Of a DNA stretch of 64,000 bases, positions 8,765-17,714 are shown one piece after another. The DNA comes from Oscillospiraceae bacterium (GTDB lineage: Bacteria > Bacillota > Clostridia > Monoglobales > Monoglobaceae). Within the stretch, counting starts at the first letter, position 1, and every line of letters begins with the position of its first letter. A program made the position numbers and the translations under genes. Under the pieces are notes generated by a model that was given only the letters and a program-made list of their open reading frames with translations, was not told the DNA's origin and did not search any database. The stretch spans positions 41,949 through 105,948 of the forward strand of contig SVKF01000004.1 in the NCBI GenBank assembly GCA_015068605.1. The letters run 5' to 3'.

Positions 8765-8778
8765 GATGGGTGAATTTT

Positions 8779-9696
8779 TTAGACTTCTACCTCCAGAAGT
8801 TTTAAAATAAGAGCCATTCTCATATATTTTCCGTTTAAAACCTGTTTAAAGTAACAAGCACGAGGGTCATCATCCACCTTTGTGTCAATTTCATTAACCC
8901 TCGGAAGCGGATGCATAATAACAAGGTCAGCTTTAGCCGTTTCAAGCTTGTCCGGTGTTAAGATATAGCTATCCTTAAGTCTTATATAATCAGCTTCATT
9001 AAAGAAACGCTCCTTCTGAACTCTTGTCATATAGAGAATGTCAATATCCCCCATAGCCTCCTCAAGGCTTCTTGTTTCAACATAAGGAATATTGTTCTTC
9101 TCAATAACATCTTTTTTAACATAGTCGGGAAGCGCAAGTTCTTCGGGAGAAATCAGGACAAATTTAATATTTTCATATCTTGACATTGCATTTATAAGAG
9201 AGTGAACCGTTCTTCCGAATTTCAAATCTCCGCAAAGCCCAACAGTCAAATTATCAACTCTGCCCTTTTCTCGCTTAATCGTGAGCAAATCTGCAAGGGT
9301 TTGCGTTGGGTGATTATGGCCGCCATCACCTGCGTTTATAATCGGAACCTCCGTTTTAAACGATGCCGCATAAGGTGCGCCTTCTTTCGGATGACGCATT
9401 GCGATAATATCTGCGTAGCATCCCACAACTCTTATTGTATCCGAGACACTTTCACCCTTAGCCGATGAACTTGAATTAGCATCTGAAAAACCGATTACAT
9501 TTCCGCCAAGCTCCATCATCGCCGCTTCAAAGCTCAGTCTTGTTCTTGTTGACGGCTCAAAAAAGAGCGTTGCAAGCTTCTTATATTTGCACTTTTCCCG
9601 ATACTTTTCAGGATTTTCTATAATATCCTCGGCAACACACAAAAGCTCATCAATTTCTTTTGTTGATAAATCCAATATATCTATAACGTGACGCAT
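8779..9696 (-). CDS. pyrB: Aspartate carbamoyltransferase catalytic subunit
   Basis: Motifs [17 protein letters not shown] and HPLPR. Confidence 0.95.
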   Translation of the reverse strand: MRHVIDILDLSTKEIDELLCVAEDIIENPEKYREKCKYKKLATLFFEPSTRTRLSFEAAMMELGGNVIGFSDANSSSSAKGESVSDTIRVVGCYADIIAMRHPKEGAPYAASFKTEVPIINAGDGGHNHPTQTLADLLTIKREKGRVDNLTVGLCGDLKFGRTVHSLINAMSRYENIKFVLISPEELALPDYVKKDVIEKNNIPYVETRSLEEAMGDIDILYMTRVQKERFFNEADYIRLKDSYILTPDKLETAKADLVIMHPLPRVNEIDTKVDDDPRACYFKQVLNGKYMRMALILKLLEVEV

Positions 9697-9713
9697 ATAT
9701 TCGCTCCTTCCGA

Positions 9714-10352
9714 TTATTTTATCCAGCTTTCGTCACTTGGGTTATTACGGAACTTTATAAGGCGCTCTTTATCCTCCGCTTTAATATATCCGATTTCAGC
9801 CGCAACCTCAACCGTTGTGTCAAAATCTGTGAGACTTGTGTTTTCAACATTTGAAGCAGCAAGGCGTTCAAGACCTTTTTTCATTCCGTAGGTATAAATT
9901 GAAACAATACCCAGAACCTCCGCTCCTGCTTCTCTTAACACCTCAACAACCTCGATAACACTTCCGCCTGTTGAGATAAGGTCTTCGATAACAACAACCT
10001 TCTGTCCCTTTTCAAGCTTACCCTCAATCTGATTCTGTCTGCCGTGGTCTTTAGCTCCGCTTCTTACATATCCCATAGGAATACCTAAAATATGAGCGGC
10101 GATTGCGGCATGGGCAATACCTGCTGTGCTTGTTCCCATTAAAACATCAGCTTCGGGGTATTTTTCCTTAACAGTTTGTGCGATTGCATTCTCTATATTG
10201 TCACGAACCTTTGGTGCTGAAAGAGTCAATCTGTTATCGCAGTAAATAGGGCTTTTAATTCCGCTCGCCCAGGTAAACGGTTCATCGGGACGAAGAAAAA
10301 CCGCTCCGATACTTAATAAATCTTTTGAAATCTGTTCTTTAATGTTTTCCAT
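9714..10352 (-). CDS. pyrE: Orotate phosphoribosyltransferase
   Basis: PRPP-binding [14 protein letters not shown]-terminal [16 protein letters not shown]. Confidence 0.93.
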   Translation of the reverse strand: MENIKEQISKDLLSIGAVFLRPDEPFTWASGIKSPIYCDNRLTLSAPKVRDNIENAIAQTVKEKYPEADVLMGTSTAGIAHAAIAAHILGIPMGYVRSGAKDHGRQNQIEGKLEKGQKVVVIEDLISTGGSVIEVVEVLREAGAEVLGIVSIYTYGMKKGLERLAASNVENTSLTDFDTTVEVAAEIGYIKAEDKERLIKFRNNPSDESWIK

Positions 10353-10373
10353 TTTATATTTTCCTTTCTTAAA

Positions 10374-11072
10374 TTAGTCAATAAATTCGTTAATGCATCT
10401 CTCATAAGCCACAACAGGGTCATCAGCCGCAGTAATAGGTCTTCCCACAACGATATAGTCAGAGCCGATTTTCTTAGCTTCAGCAGGAGTCATAACTCTC
10501 TTTTGGTCACCTATATCCCCGTCTGCAAATCTAACCCCCGGCGTAACAGTTAAAAAGTCATTTCCGCAAGTTTCGTGCACCTTGCCGGCTTCAAGAGGTG
10601 AGCAAACTATTCCGTCAAGTCCTGCCTCTTTTGCACATTTTGCATAATGCATAACAACCTTATCGATTGGCTCTTTAATAAGCAAATCATTTTCCATACT
10701 TTCCTGGTCGGTTGATGTGAGCTGTGTTACGGCGATTAAAAGAGGTCTTGTTCCGTCAGGACGGGTTAAGCCCTCAAGCGCTCCCTCCATCATTCTCTTT
10801 GTTCCGCTTGCATGAAGATTGCAAATATCAACATCAAGGTTTGACAAAACATTCATTGCTTTCTTAACTGTGTTTGGAATATCATGAAGCTTTAAATCCA
10901 AGAAGATTTTATGACCTCTTTTCTTAATTTCCTTAACGATTGACGGACCTTCCGCATAGAAAAGCTCCATTCCGATTTTAACAAAGGGTTTCTTGCCCGT
11001 AAACTTATCCAAAAACTTAAATGTCGCCTCTGCACTTGAAAAGTCACAAGCAATAATTACATCCTTTCCCAT
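10374..11072 (-). CDS. pyrF: Orotidine 5'-phosphate decarboxylase
   Basis: Motifs FLDLKLHDIPNTV and VVGRPI. Confidence 0.93.
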   Translation of the reverse strand: MGKDVIIACDFSSAEATFKFLDKFTGKKPFVKIGMELFYAEGPSIVKEIKKRGHKIFLDLKLHDIPNTVKKAMNVLSNLDVDICNLHASGTKRMMEGALEGLTRPDGTRPLLIAVTQLTSTDQESMENDLLIKEPIDKVVMHYAKCAKEAGLDGIVCSPLEAGKVHETCGNDFLTVTPGVRFADGDIGDQKRVMTPAEAKKIGSDYIVVGRPITAADDPVVAYERCINEFID

Positions 11073-11983
11073 TAGTGAGCACCTCCGATTATATCTCTTA
11101 ATTTTTCTATTTTATATTTTTCACAAAGAGCAGGAAGCTCTTTAATTATATTTTTACAAGCCATCGGCTCAACAAGGTTTGCCGCTCCAACCTGAACTGC
11201 AGTTGCCCCTGCCAGCATCATCTCAATAACATCCTCCGCAGTCATAACACCGCCAACCCCCATAATCGGGATTTTAACCGCTTCATAGACATCATAAATC
11301 ATACGGACTGCAACGGGGAAAATAGCAGGACCTGAGAAACCGCCCTTTATATTTTTAACAACAGGCTTTCTTGATTTTAAATCAATCTTCATTCCCATAA
11401 GGGTATTTATAAGTGTCAATCCGTCTGCCCCTGCATCTTCACAAGCCTTCGCAATTTCAACTATATCCGTTACATTTGGAGAAAGCTTTATAAAAACGGG
11501 CTTATTAGTTACAGCTTTAACCCTTTTCGTAACCTCTGCGGCATTTTTTGCATCTGTTCCGAAGCTCATTCCACCGGCATGGACATTAGGACAGCTTATA
11601 TTAACCTCAACTATACCGATTTCATCAACCACTCCTAATTTTTCGCAGTTATAAACATATTCGTCAAGAGAAAAGCCGCCGACATTTGCAATAGCTTTTT
11701 TGTTGAAACACTTACGAAGCTTGGGAATTTCCTCCTCGATTACCTTTTCAACCCCCGGATTTTGAAGCCCGACAGAGTTAATCATTCCCTCACGGCACTC
11801 TGCAATTCTCGGAAGGGGATTCCCGAGTCTTGGCTCTTTTGTTGTGCCTTTAAGAGAGATGCTTCCCAAAATATTTATATCATATAAATCTGCAAACTCA
11901 TAGCCAAATCCAAATGTTCCGCTTGCAGGGATAATCGGATTATCAAGACAAAGTCCACCTAAATTTACCCTTAAATCTACCAT
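11072..11983 (-). CDS. pyrD: Dihydroorotate dehydrogenase, class 1B catalytic subunit
   Basis: Motifs NPIIPASGTFGFG, GLQNPG and NISCPN. The ATG at 11983 (MVDLRV) overlaps the pyrK stop as ATGGTAG. Confidence 0.93.
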   Translation of the reverse strand: MVDLRVNLGGLCLDNPIIPASGTFGFGYEFADLYDINILGSISLKGTTKEPRLGNPLPRIAECREGMINSVGLQNPGVEKVIEEEIPKLRKCFNKKAIANVGGFSLDEYVYNCEKLGVVDEIGIVEVNISCPNVHAGGMSFGTDAKNAAEVTKRVKAVTNKPVFIKLSPNVTDIVEIAKACEDAGADGLTLINTLMGMKIDLKSRKPVVKNIKGGFSGPAIFPVAVRMIYDVYEAVKIPIMGVGGVMTAEDVIEMMLAGATAVQVGAANLVEPMACKNIIKELPALCEKYKIEKLRDIIGGAH

Positions 11984-12708
11984 ATTACTTCCTCCTTCAA
12001 AAGAACGGGGCCTTCCTTGCATATTCTCTTATGACCGTATTTTGTTTCACAGGTACAACCCATACAAGCGCCAAAGCCACAGCCCATTCTCGCTTCAAAG
12101 CTAAGCTGTCCTTCTGTTACGGATGTATCATATACACCTTTAAGCATAGGCTCAGGACCACAAGTATAAAAATAAGTATAGCCATCGAGTTCTTTCATAG
12201 CATCCGTTACAAAGCCCTTCATTCCCATGCTTCCGTCATTGGTCGTTATATAAACCTTTGCGCCAAGCTTTTCAAATTCTTCTTTATAAAAGACATCCGC
12301 TTCGTTCATAAAGCCCATTATAACCGTAACATCTTTGCCCTCGCCTATAAGCTTTTTGCAGAGGTTATACATTGGCGGAACACCAACCCCACCACCAATT
12401 AAAAGGGGCTTGTCTCCGCTTTTCTCTGTATCAAAGCCGTTGCCGAGACCTGTCAGAACATCAAGCATTCCACCCTCCATAAGGCTCATTTTTTCCGTTC
12501 CTTCGCCAACGACTTTATATATAATAGTTACAGTTTTATCGTCATAATCGCAAACTGAAATCGGCCGTCTTAAAAAGAGATTGTCAAGCTTTATATTTAT
12601 AAACTGTCCGGGACGGATAATTTCACTCGTGTCACCCTCAAGCACCATTTCATATATATCTCTTGCAATTTTCCTGTTGGATTTTATTTCAAACAAAGAC
12701 TGTTTCAT
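11977..12708 (-). CDS. pyrK: Dihydroorotate dehydrogenase electron-transfer subunit (FAD / 2Fe-2S)
   Basis: C-terminal MGCGFGACMGCTC cluster motif. GGGVGVPP nucleotide-binding motif. Confidence 0.92.
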   Translation of the reverse strand: MKQSLFEIKSNRKIARDIYEMVLEGDTSEIIRPGQFINIKLDNLFLRRPISVCDYDDKTVTIIYKVVGEGTEKMSLMEGGMLDVLTGLGNGFDTEKSGDKPLLIGGGVGVPPMYNLCKKLIGEGKDVTVIMGFMNEADVFYKEEFEKLGAKVYITTNDGSMGMKGFVTDAMKELDGYTYFYTCGPEPMLKGVYDTSVTEGQLSFEARMGCGFGACMGCTCETKYGHKRICKEGPVLLKEEVIW

Positions 12709-13973
12709 TATTTCTCCTCCTTATATGCAATATTGCCGTTCGCAACTGTCATTTTGCATCTTCCGAAAACCTCTTTCCCCTCAAAAGGAGTCGCTTTTCC
12801 TTTTGAAAGGAAATCGTCAGGGTTTACGGTATATTTTTCGTCAAGGTCAAAAACCGTAAAATCAGCTTTTTCGCCAACCTTAATTCCCGTCTTAATTCCA
12901 AACCTTTTTGCAGGGTTAATACTCATAAGTTCAATCAATTTTTCAAGAGTCAATTTCCCCGTTTTAACAAATTCCGTATACATAACCGGGAAAGATGTTT
13001 CAATTCCGACAACGCCCATATTGCTTCCCGAGAGACCTTTGGATTTTTCCTCATAAGAATGGGGAGCATGGTCTGTTGCAATCATATCAACCGTTCCGTC
13101 AAGCATACCTTCAACAAGAGCATCTCTGTCTTTAGCCGAACGGATTGGCGGATTCATTTTAAATCTTCCCTCGTCCTTTATGTCCATATCGCAAAGAGTC
13201 AGATAATGAGGTCCCGTTTCGCAGGTTATATCAACGCCCTCAGCCTTTGCCTTTCTGATTATATCCACACTTTCTTTTGCGGAAATATGACAGACATGAT
13301 AAGAAACTCCCGTCTCTTTTATAAGCTCAACATCTCTTTTTATGGGAGCCCATTCGCTCTCGGAGCATATCCCTTTATGACCGTTTAACTTTGCATACTC
13401 GCCGTCATGGATATATCCGCCCTTTAACAGAGAATTTTCTTCGCAGTGAGCAGAGATTATTTTATCTAAAGACTTGGCTTTTTTCATAGCCTCTCGCATC
13501 ATCTCTTCACTCTGCACGCCTTTTCCGTCATCTGAAAATCCTATAACATTTTCAGTCATTCCCTCCATATCGGAAAGCTTCTCACCATTTTGCCCACAGG
13601 TTATTGAGCCAAAAGGATAAACGGAAATAACTGCATCTTTTTCAATTATATCAAGCTGTTGTTTCAGATTTTCAATGCTGTCCGGAACAGGATTTAAATT
13701 AGGCATTGAGCAAACCGCAGTAAATCCGCCTCTTGCCGCCGCCATTGTTCCGCTTTCAACAGTTTCTTTATACGAAAAGCCCGGCTCTCTCAAATGCACA
13801 TGAACATCTACAAAGCCGGGAAAAACATAACAATTTTCAAATTCAAATAAACTGCCGTCATTATTGGCAGCTCTTTCGGAAATTTCAGACACAACGCCGT
13901 TATCGATAAAAATATTTTTCTTTTTAAAGCAACCGCCATCATAAACCGATGCACCGATAATCGCATATTTCAT
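12708..13973 (-). CDS. pyrC: Dihydroorotase
   Basis: Motifs DVHVHLREPG and ATDHAPH. Start chosen at MKYAIIG (13973), which has AAGGAG upstream. The track ORF extends to 14021. The stop overlaps the pyrK start as TAATG. Confidence 0.9.
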   Translation of the reverse strand: MKYAIIGASVYDGGCFKKKNIFIDNGVVSEISERAANNDGSLFEFENCYVFPGFVDVHVHLREPGFSYKETVESGTMAAARGGFTAVCSMPNLNPVPDSIENLKQQLDIIEKDAVISVYPFGSITCGQNGEKLSDMEGMTENVIGFSDDGKGVQSEEMMREAMKKAKSLDKIISAHCEENSLLKGGYIHDGEYAKLNGHKGICSESEWAPIKRDVELIKETGVSYHVCHISAKESVDIIRKAKAEGVDITCETGPHYLTLCDMDIKDEGRFKMNPPIRSAKDRDALVEGMLDGTVDMIATDHAPHSYEEKSKGLSGSNMGVVGIETSFPVMYTEFVKTGKLTLEKLIELMSINPAKRFGIKTGIKVGEKADFTVFDLDEKYTVNPDDFLSKGKATPFEGKEVFGRCKMTVANGNIAYKEEK

Positions 13974-14085
13974 ATTCCGTCTTATCTCCTTTGTCATTAT
14001 TTCATCTATATATTCTACCATAACACAATCTCTTTGTCAAGCTTGATACATATAAATTCACACATTTATCATATACTTTATAGAG

Positions 14086-14805
14086 GTGATTTCATTGTTT
14101 ATAACAATCAAAAAAGGACATATCATTTTATCAGCTTTAACACTATGTTTTACAATTATTTTTCTCTTATCCGTTTTTCTCGAATCTCCTAAAACCGTGC
14201 CGACTTTTTCAACTCCCGTTTCCGGCAAGCTTTTCGTTATTGACCCGGGACACGGAGGGGCGGATGCCGGAGCTTTTGATAACGGAATTTCCGAAAAGGA
14301 CATTAATCTAAAAATAGCTATGTATCTCAAAGCATTTATTGAAGAACACGGCGGATATGTGGTTATGACAAGGGAAAGTGATAAAACTACCGCAGACCCC
14401 AACCGACCGGCAACCCTTTCTCAGAAGAAATCCGACCTTATGGAAAGAAAGGCTTTGCCCGAAAAAGCAAATGCCGATGCATTTATCAGCATACATTTGA
14501 ATAAATTTCCCCAGCCCCAATATCGTGGAGCGCAGGTTTTCTCTGCGCCAAATTCCGAGGAAAGTCATAAATTAGGGGAAATACTTCAAGCCTCTCTTAT
14601 TAAAAATGCGGACCCGCAAAACACCCGTCAGCCCAAAGTCGGAAACAGCATATTCATTTTAAAAGATGCAAACATCCCTTCCGTTTTGATTGAATGTGGA
14701 TTTATTTCCAACCCGGACGAAGCACAGCTTTTGCAATCAGAAAGCTATCAACAAAAAATCGCCTGGTCAATTTTTATGGGGCTTACCGAATACTTTACAT
14801 ATTAG
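14086..14805 (+). CDS. cwlD: Germination-specific N-acetylmuramoyl-L-alanine amidase (CwlD type)
   Basis: N-terminal TM helix, VIDPGHGGADAGA, SIHLN. Size and architecture fit CwlD. Start is GTG at 14086, or TTG at 14095, which lies 6 nt after AGAGGTG. Confidence 0.8.
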   Translation: MISLFITIKKGHIILSALTLCFTIIFLLSVFLESPKTVPTFSTPVSGKLFVIDPGHGGADAGAFDNGISEKDINLKIAMYLKAFIEEHGGYVVMTRESDKTTADPNRPATLSQKKSDLMERKALPEKANADAFISIHLNKFPQPQYRGAQVFSAPNSEESHKLGEILQASLIKNADPQNTRQPKVGNSIFILKDANIPSVLIECGFISNPDEAQLLQSESYQQKIAWSIFMGLTEYFTY

Positions 14806-15533
14806 TATAAAACACGCATAAGACATAATCCTTTGGCAGGAGCAGTTTCTCCTGCCATTTCTCGTTTTTGAGAGAGGATTATATTCGGAATTTCCTCCGC
14901 TTTTCTTCTGCCCTGCCCTACTTCAATTAAAGTTCCCGTTATAATTCTCACCATATTATACAAAAATCCGTTCCCACTGAAAATGAGCTCGATTTCATCG
15001 CCATGCTTGACAAAATCGATTGAATATATTTCCCTGACGGCAGATTTTTTGAAATGCTTATTGCTGCAAAATGCCTTAAAATTATGCTCACCAATAAAGT
15101 ACTCTGCCGCCTTTTCCATTTCTTTTATATAAAGCTCTCCCGAAATCCGATACACAAATCTCCGATTAAAAACATCTTCAATGTCCGAATTTAATATCCT
15201 GTAGCTATATATTTTCCCCTTTGCCGAAAGGCGGCTGTGAAATCTGTCATCAACACGACTTATTTTAGTTACCGCAATATCATCGGGGAGATATTTATTC
15301 AGATACGCAAGTATCTCTTCCTCTTTCTTATCTTCATTCACCTTAAAATTTGCTATCTGACCTTTTGCGTGGACTCCGGCATCTGTTCTGCCTGCACCGT
15401 GAATTTCAATTTTATGTCCGAAAAGCTTGGTCAGAACATCCTCTATTTTTCCTTGGACGGTTTCAAATTTTTCAAGCCTTTGCCAGCCATGGTATTTTGT
15501 TCCGTCATATTGAATTTCCATTTTATAATTCAT
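14802..15533 (-). CDS. truA: tRNA pseudouridine(38-40) synthase
   Basis: Motifs YDGTKYHGWQ and GAGRTDAGVHA. Confidence 0.92.
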   Translation of the reverse strand: MNYKMEIQYDGTKYHGWQRLEKFETVQGKIEDVLTKLFGHKIEIHGAGRTDAGVHAKGQIANFKVNEDKKEEEILAYLNKYLPDDIAVTKISRVDDRFHSRLSAKGKIYSYRILNSDIEDVFNRRFVYRISGELYIKEMEKAAEYFIGEHNFKAFCSNKHFKKSAVREIYSIDFVKHGDEIELIFSGNGFLYNMVRIITGTLIEVGQGRRKAEEIPNIILSQKREMAGETAPAKGLCLMRVLY

Positions 15534-15539
15534 TTAAAA

Positions 15540-15881
15540 TCATTCTCCCGATAAACTAAATTCTTTCCTTAAAGATTTATATCTGGCTTCGCCAATTCCC
15601 GGAATATCCACCAAATCTTCCATTCCTTTGAAATCCCCGTATTTGTCACGGTATTCAATAATACTTTCCGAAAGCTTAACTCCAAAATTATATACATTAT
15701 CAATATCATCAACAGTCGCATCATTTATGTTTTTCAAGCCGTACTCACCTTTATCCGGAGGTGTTATCTTCTTGGGAGATTTAATTGTGATTTCTGTTCC
15801 TTTTGATATATTTACAGCGCCATAAATATAAAACCCTATATAAAACATCACGATTACGCAGATAATGACAATCCTTTTCAT
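15540..15881 (-). CDS. comEA: ComEA-family helix-hairpin-helix DNA-binding protein
   Basis: N-terminal TM helix. C-terminal HhH region LVDIPGIGEARYKSL. Confidence 0.65.
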   Translation of the reverse strand: MKRIVIICVIVMFYIGFYIYGAVNISKGTEITIKSPKKITPPDKGEYGLKNINDATVDDIDNVYNFGVKLSESIIEYRDKYGDFKGMEDLVDIPGIGEARYKSLRKEFSLSGE

Positions 15882-15937
15882 TCTACCACCCACATCAAAA
15901 CGGGCAAGGCAGATTTCTCCGCCAAGCCCGATATAAA

Positions 15938-17341
15938 TTACGCATCAATTTTTTTAATTTCAAATGAATTTTTTACAGCCTCTCTTGCATCATCAACAGT
16001 TTCAAAAATTCCACAGCTCATCATCTGGGCAAGAATATTTCCAAGAGCTGTCGCCTCAATAGGACCTGCATAAACAGTCTTTCCTGTCGCCTTTGCCGTA
16101 AGCTCATTTAAATATCCGTCCTGACAACCGCCACCGATAATGCTTATTGAATCAAATGTTTTTCCTAAAACCTTTTCAATTCCCGAAATAGTGTCTGCAT
16201 AGGTCTTTGCAAGACTTAAGTATACACATTGCGCAACCTCAAAAACATTCTGCGGAACAGGCTGGTTGTATTTCTTGCAACCCTCCTTAACAGCTTCAAT
16301 CATACTCTTGGGTGCTAAAAACATAGAATCGTTTACATCCACAATAGCATTAAAGTCTCCACATTTTCTCGCATTGTCGGAAATTTCGCCAAAGCCGTAT
16401 TCATCGTTAAGCTCTCTTTTTATTGACTGGAGCATCCAAAGCCCCATAATATTTTTAAGATAACGATAACGGTATTCAACCCCACCTTCATTCGTGAAGT
16501 TGAGTTCACAGCTTTCCTTACTGCAATTCGCAGTTTCACTTTCAACGCCCATAAGCGACCATGTTCCGGAGCTGATATAAACATTATTCATTCCTTTTGT
16601 CGGAAGTGCAAGAACTGCGCTTCCTGTATCATGTGTTGCAGGGAGAACAACTCGGCAATCAAAACCGATTTCCTCTTTGATTGCATCTGTAAATCCGCCA
16701 ATAACAGTTTTCGGTGGATATATTTCACCAAAGAGATTTTCGTTAAATCCAAGGCGTTTTATTATTTCTTTGCTCCATTTTTTCGTCTTTGCATCAAGCA
16801 TCCCCGTTGTACTTGCAACAGTATATTCGCTGACCTTCTTACCCGTTAAAAGGAAATTAAAATATTCCGGCGTCATAAGATAGGACTTTGCTTTTTCAAG
16901 GTGCTCCGGATTTGTTTCCTTAACAGCCATAAGCTGATAAATTGTGTTAAAATTAACCTTCTGAATACCTGCAATGGAATAAAGCTCTTCATCAGGAATT
17001 ATCTTTGCAACCTTATCCATCATCGGATATGTTCTGTCATCACGGTAAGCAATGGTATCTCCTAAAATCTCATCATTCTCATCAAGGAGAACAAAATCAA
17101 CACCCCATGTATCAATCCCCATCGTTTCGGGAATCTTACCGATTTCCTTACACTTTTTCAATCCGTTTTTGATTTCAGCGAAAAGGCAGTCATGCCTCCA
17201 GCACAAATACCCGTTTCTCTCCTCAAATCCGTTTTTAAAACGATAAACCTCCTCAAGAGAAATTTTTCCGTTTTCATATTTACCTAATATATGTCGCCCG
17301 CTTGACGCACCAATATCAACAGCAAGAAAATATTTATCCAT
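15938..17341 (-). CDS. rhaB: Rhamnulokinase (FGGY carbohydrate kinase family)
   Basis: MDKYFLAVDIGASSGRHILG...YRF.N....NG.L.W is typical of RhaB. The ATG at 17341 is preferred over the track start at 17374. Confidence 0.85.
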   Translation of the reverse strand: MDKYFLAVDIGASSGRHILGKYENGKISLEEVYRFKNGFEERNGYLCWRHDCLFAEIKNGLKKCKEIGKIPETMGIDTWGVDFVLLDENDEILGDTIAYRDDRTYPMMDKVAKIIPDEELYSIAGIQKVNFNTIYQLMAVKETNPEHLEKAKSYLMTPEYFNFLLTGKKVSEYTVASTTGMLDAKTKKWSKEIIKRLGFNENLFGEIYPPKTVIGGFTDAIKEEIGFDCRVVLPATHDTGSAVLALPTKGMNNVYISSGTWSLMGVESETANCSKESCELNFTNEGGVEYRYRYLKNIMGLWMLQSIKRELNDEYGFGEISDNARKCGDFNAIVDVNDSMFLAPKSMIEAVKEGCKKYNQPVPQNVFEVAQCVYLSLAKTYADTISGIEKVLGKTFDSISIIGGGCQDGYLNELTAKATGKTVYAGPIEATALGNILAQMMSCGIFETVDDAREAVKNSFEIKKIDA

Positions 17342-17421
17342 TTTCACATACCCCTTAATTATAAATTTATACAATAGATTTTACCAAATATGGACAACTT
17401 TTGCAATAGTTTTATCAAAAT

Positions 17422-17679
17422 TTATTTACAAAAATATAAAATTAATAAATCAACAGCCGAAAAAACAGGAACTAATATGCAGAATTTAATTTTCCTGATT
17501 TTGTGACGAAAAAGGAACATTCCGCAAAGCGCACCCACTCCTCCCAGCAAAAAAGCAGACCCGATAAGTGTTTTTTCACTTATCCTTCTTTTATTTCTGA
17601 TACTTTTATATTTATCATATCCGTATAAAAGACACACAATGGTGTTCCATAAAATCAAAATTTCCATAACCTTCTCCAT
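17422..17679 (-). CDS. DUF1294 small membrane protein
   Basis: YGYDKYKSIRNKRRISEKTL...GGVGALCGMFLFRHK pattern with three hydrophobic segments. Confidence 0.7.
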   Translation of the reverse strand: MEKVMEILILWNTIVCLLYGYDKYKSIRNKRRISEKTLIGSAFLLGGVGALCGMFLFRHKIRKIKFCILVPVFSAVDLLILYFCK

Positions 17680-17714
17680 AAAAACAGGCCGCAGTTTAAC
17701 CGCAGCCCATTTCG

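Noticed and set aside
12031-13388. Several 70-125 aa plus-strand ORFs opposite pyrK and pyrC
   Set aside because: They are antisense to well-conserved pyr genes, have no ribosome-binding sites and contain no recognisable motifs.
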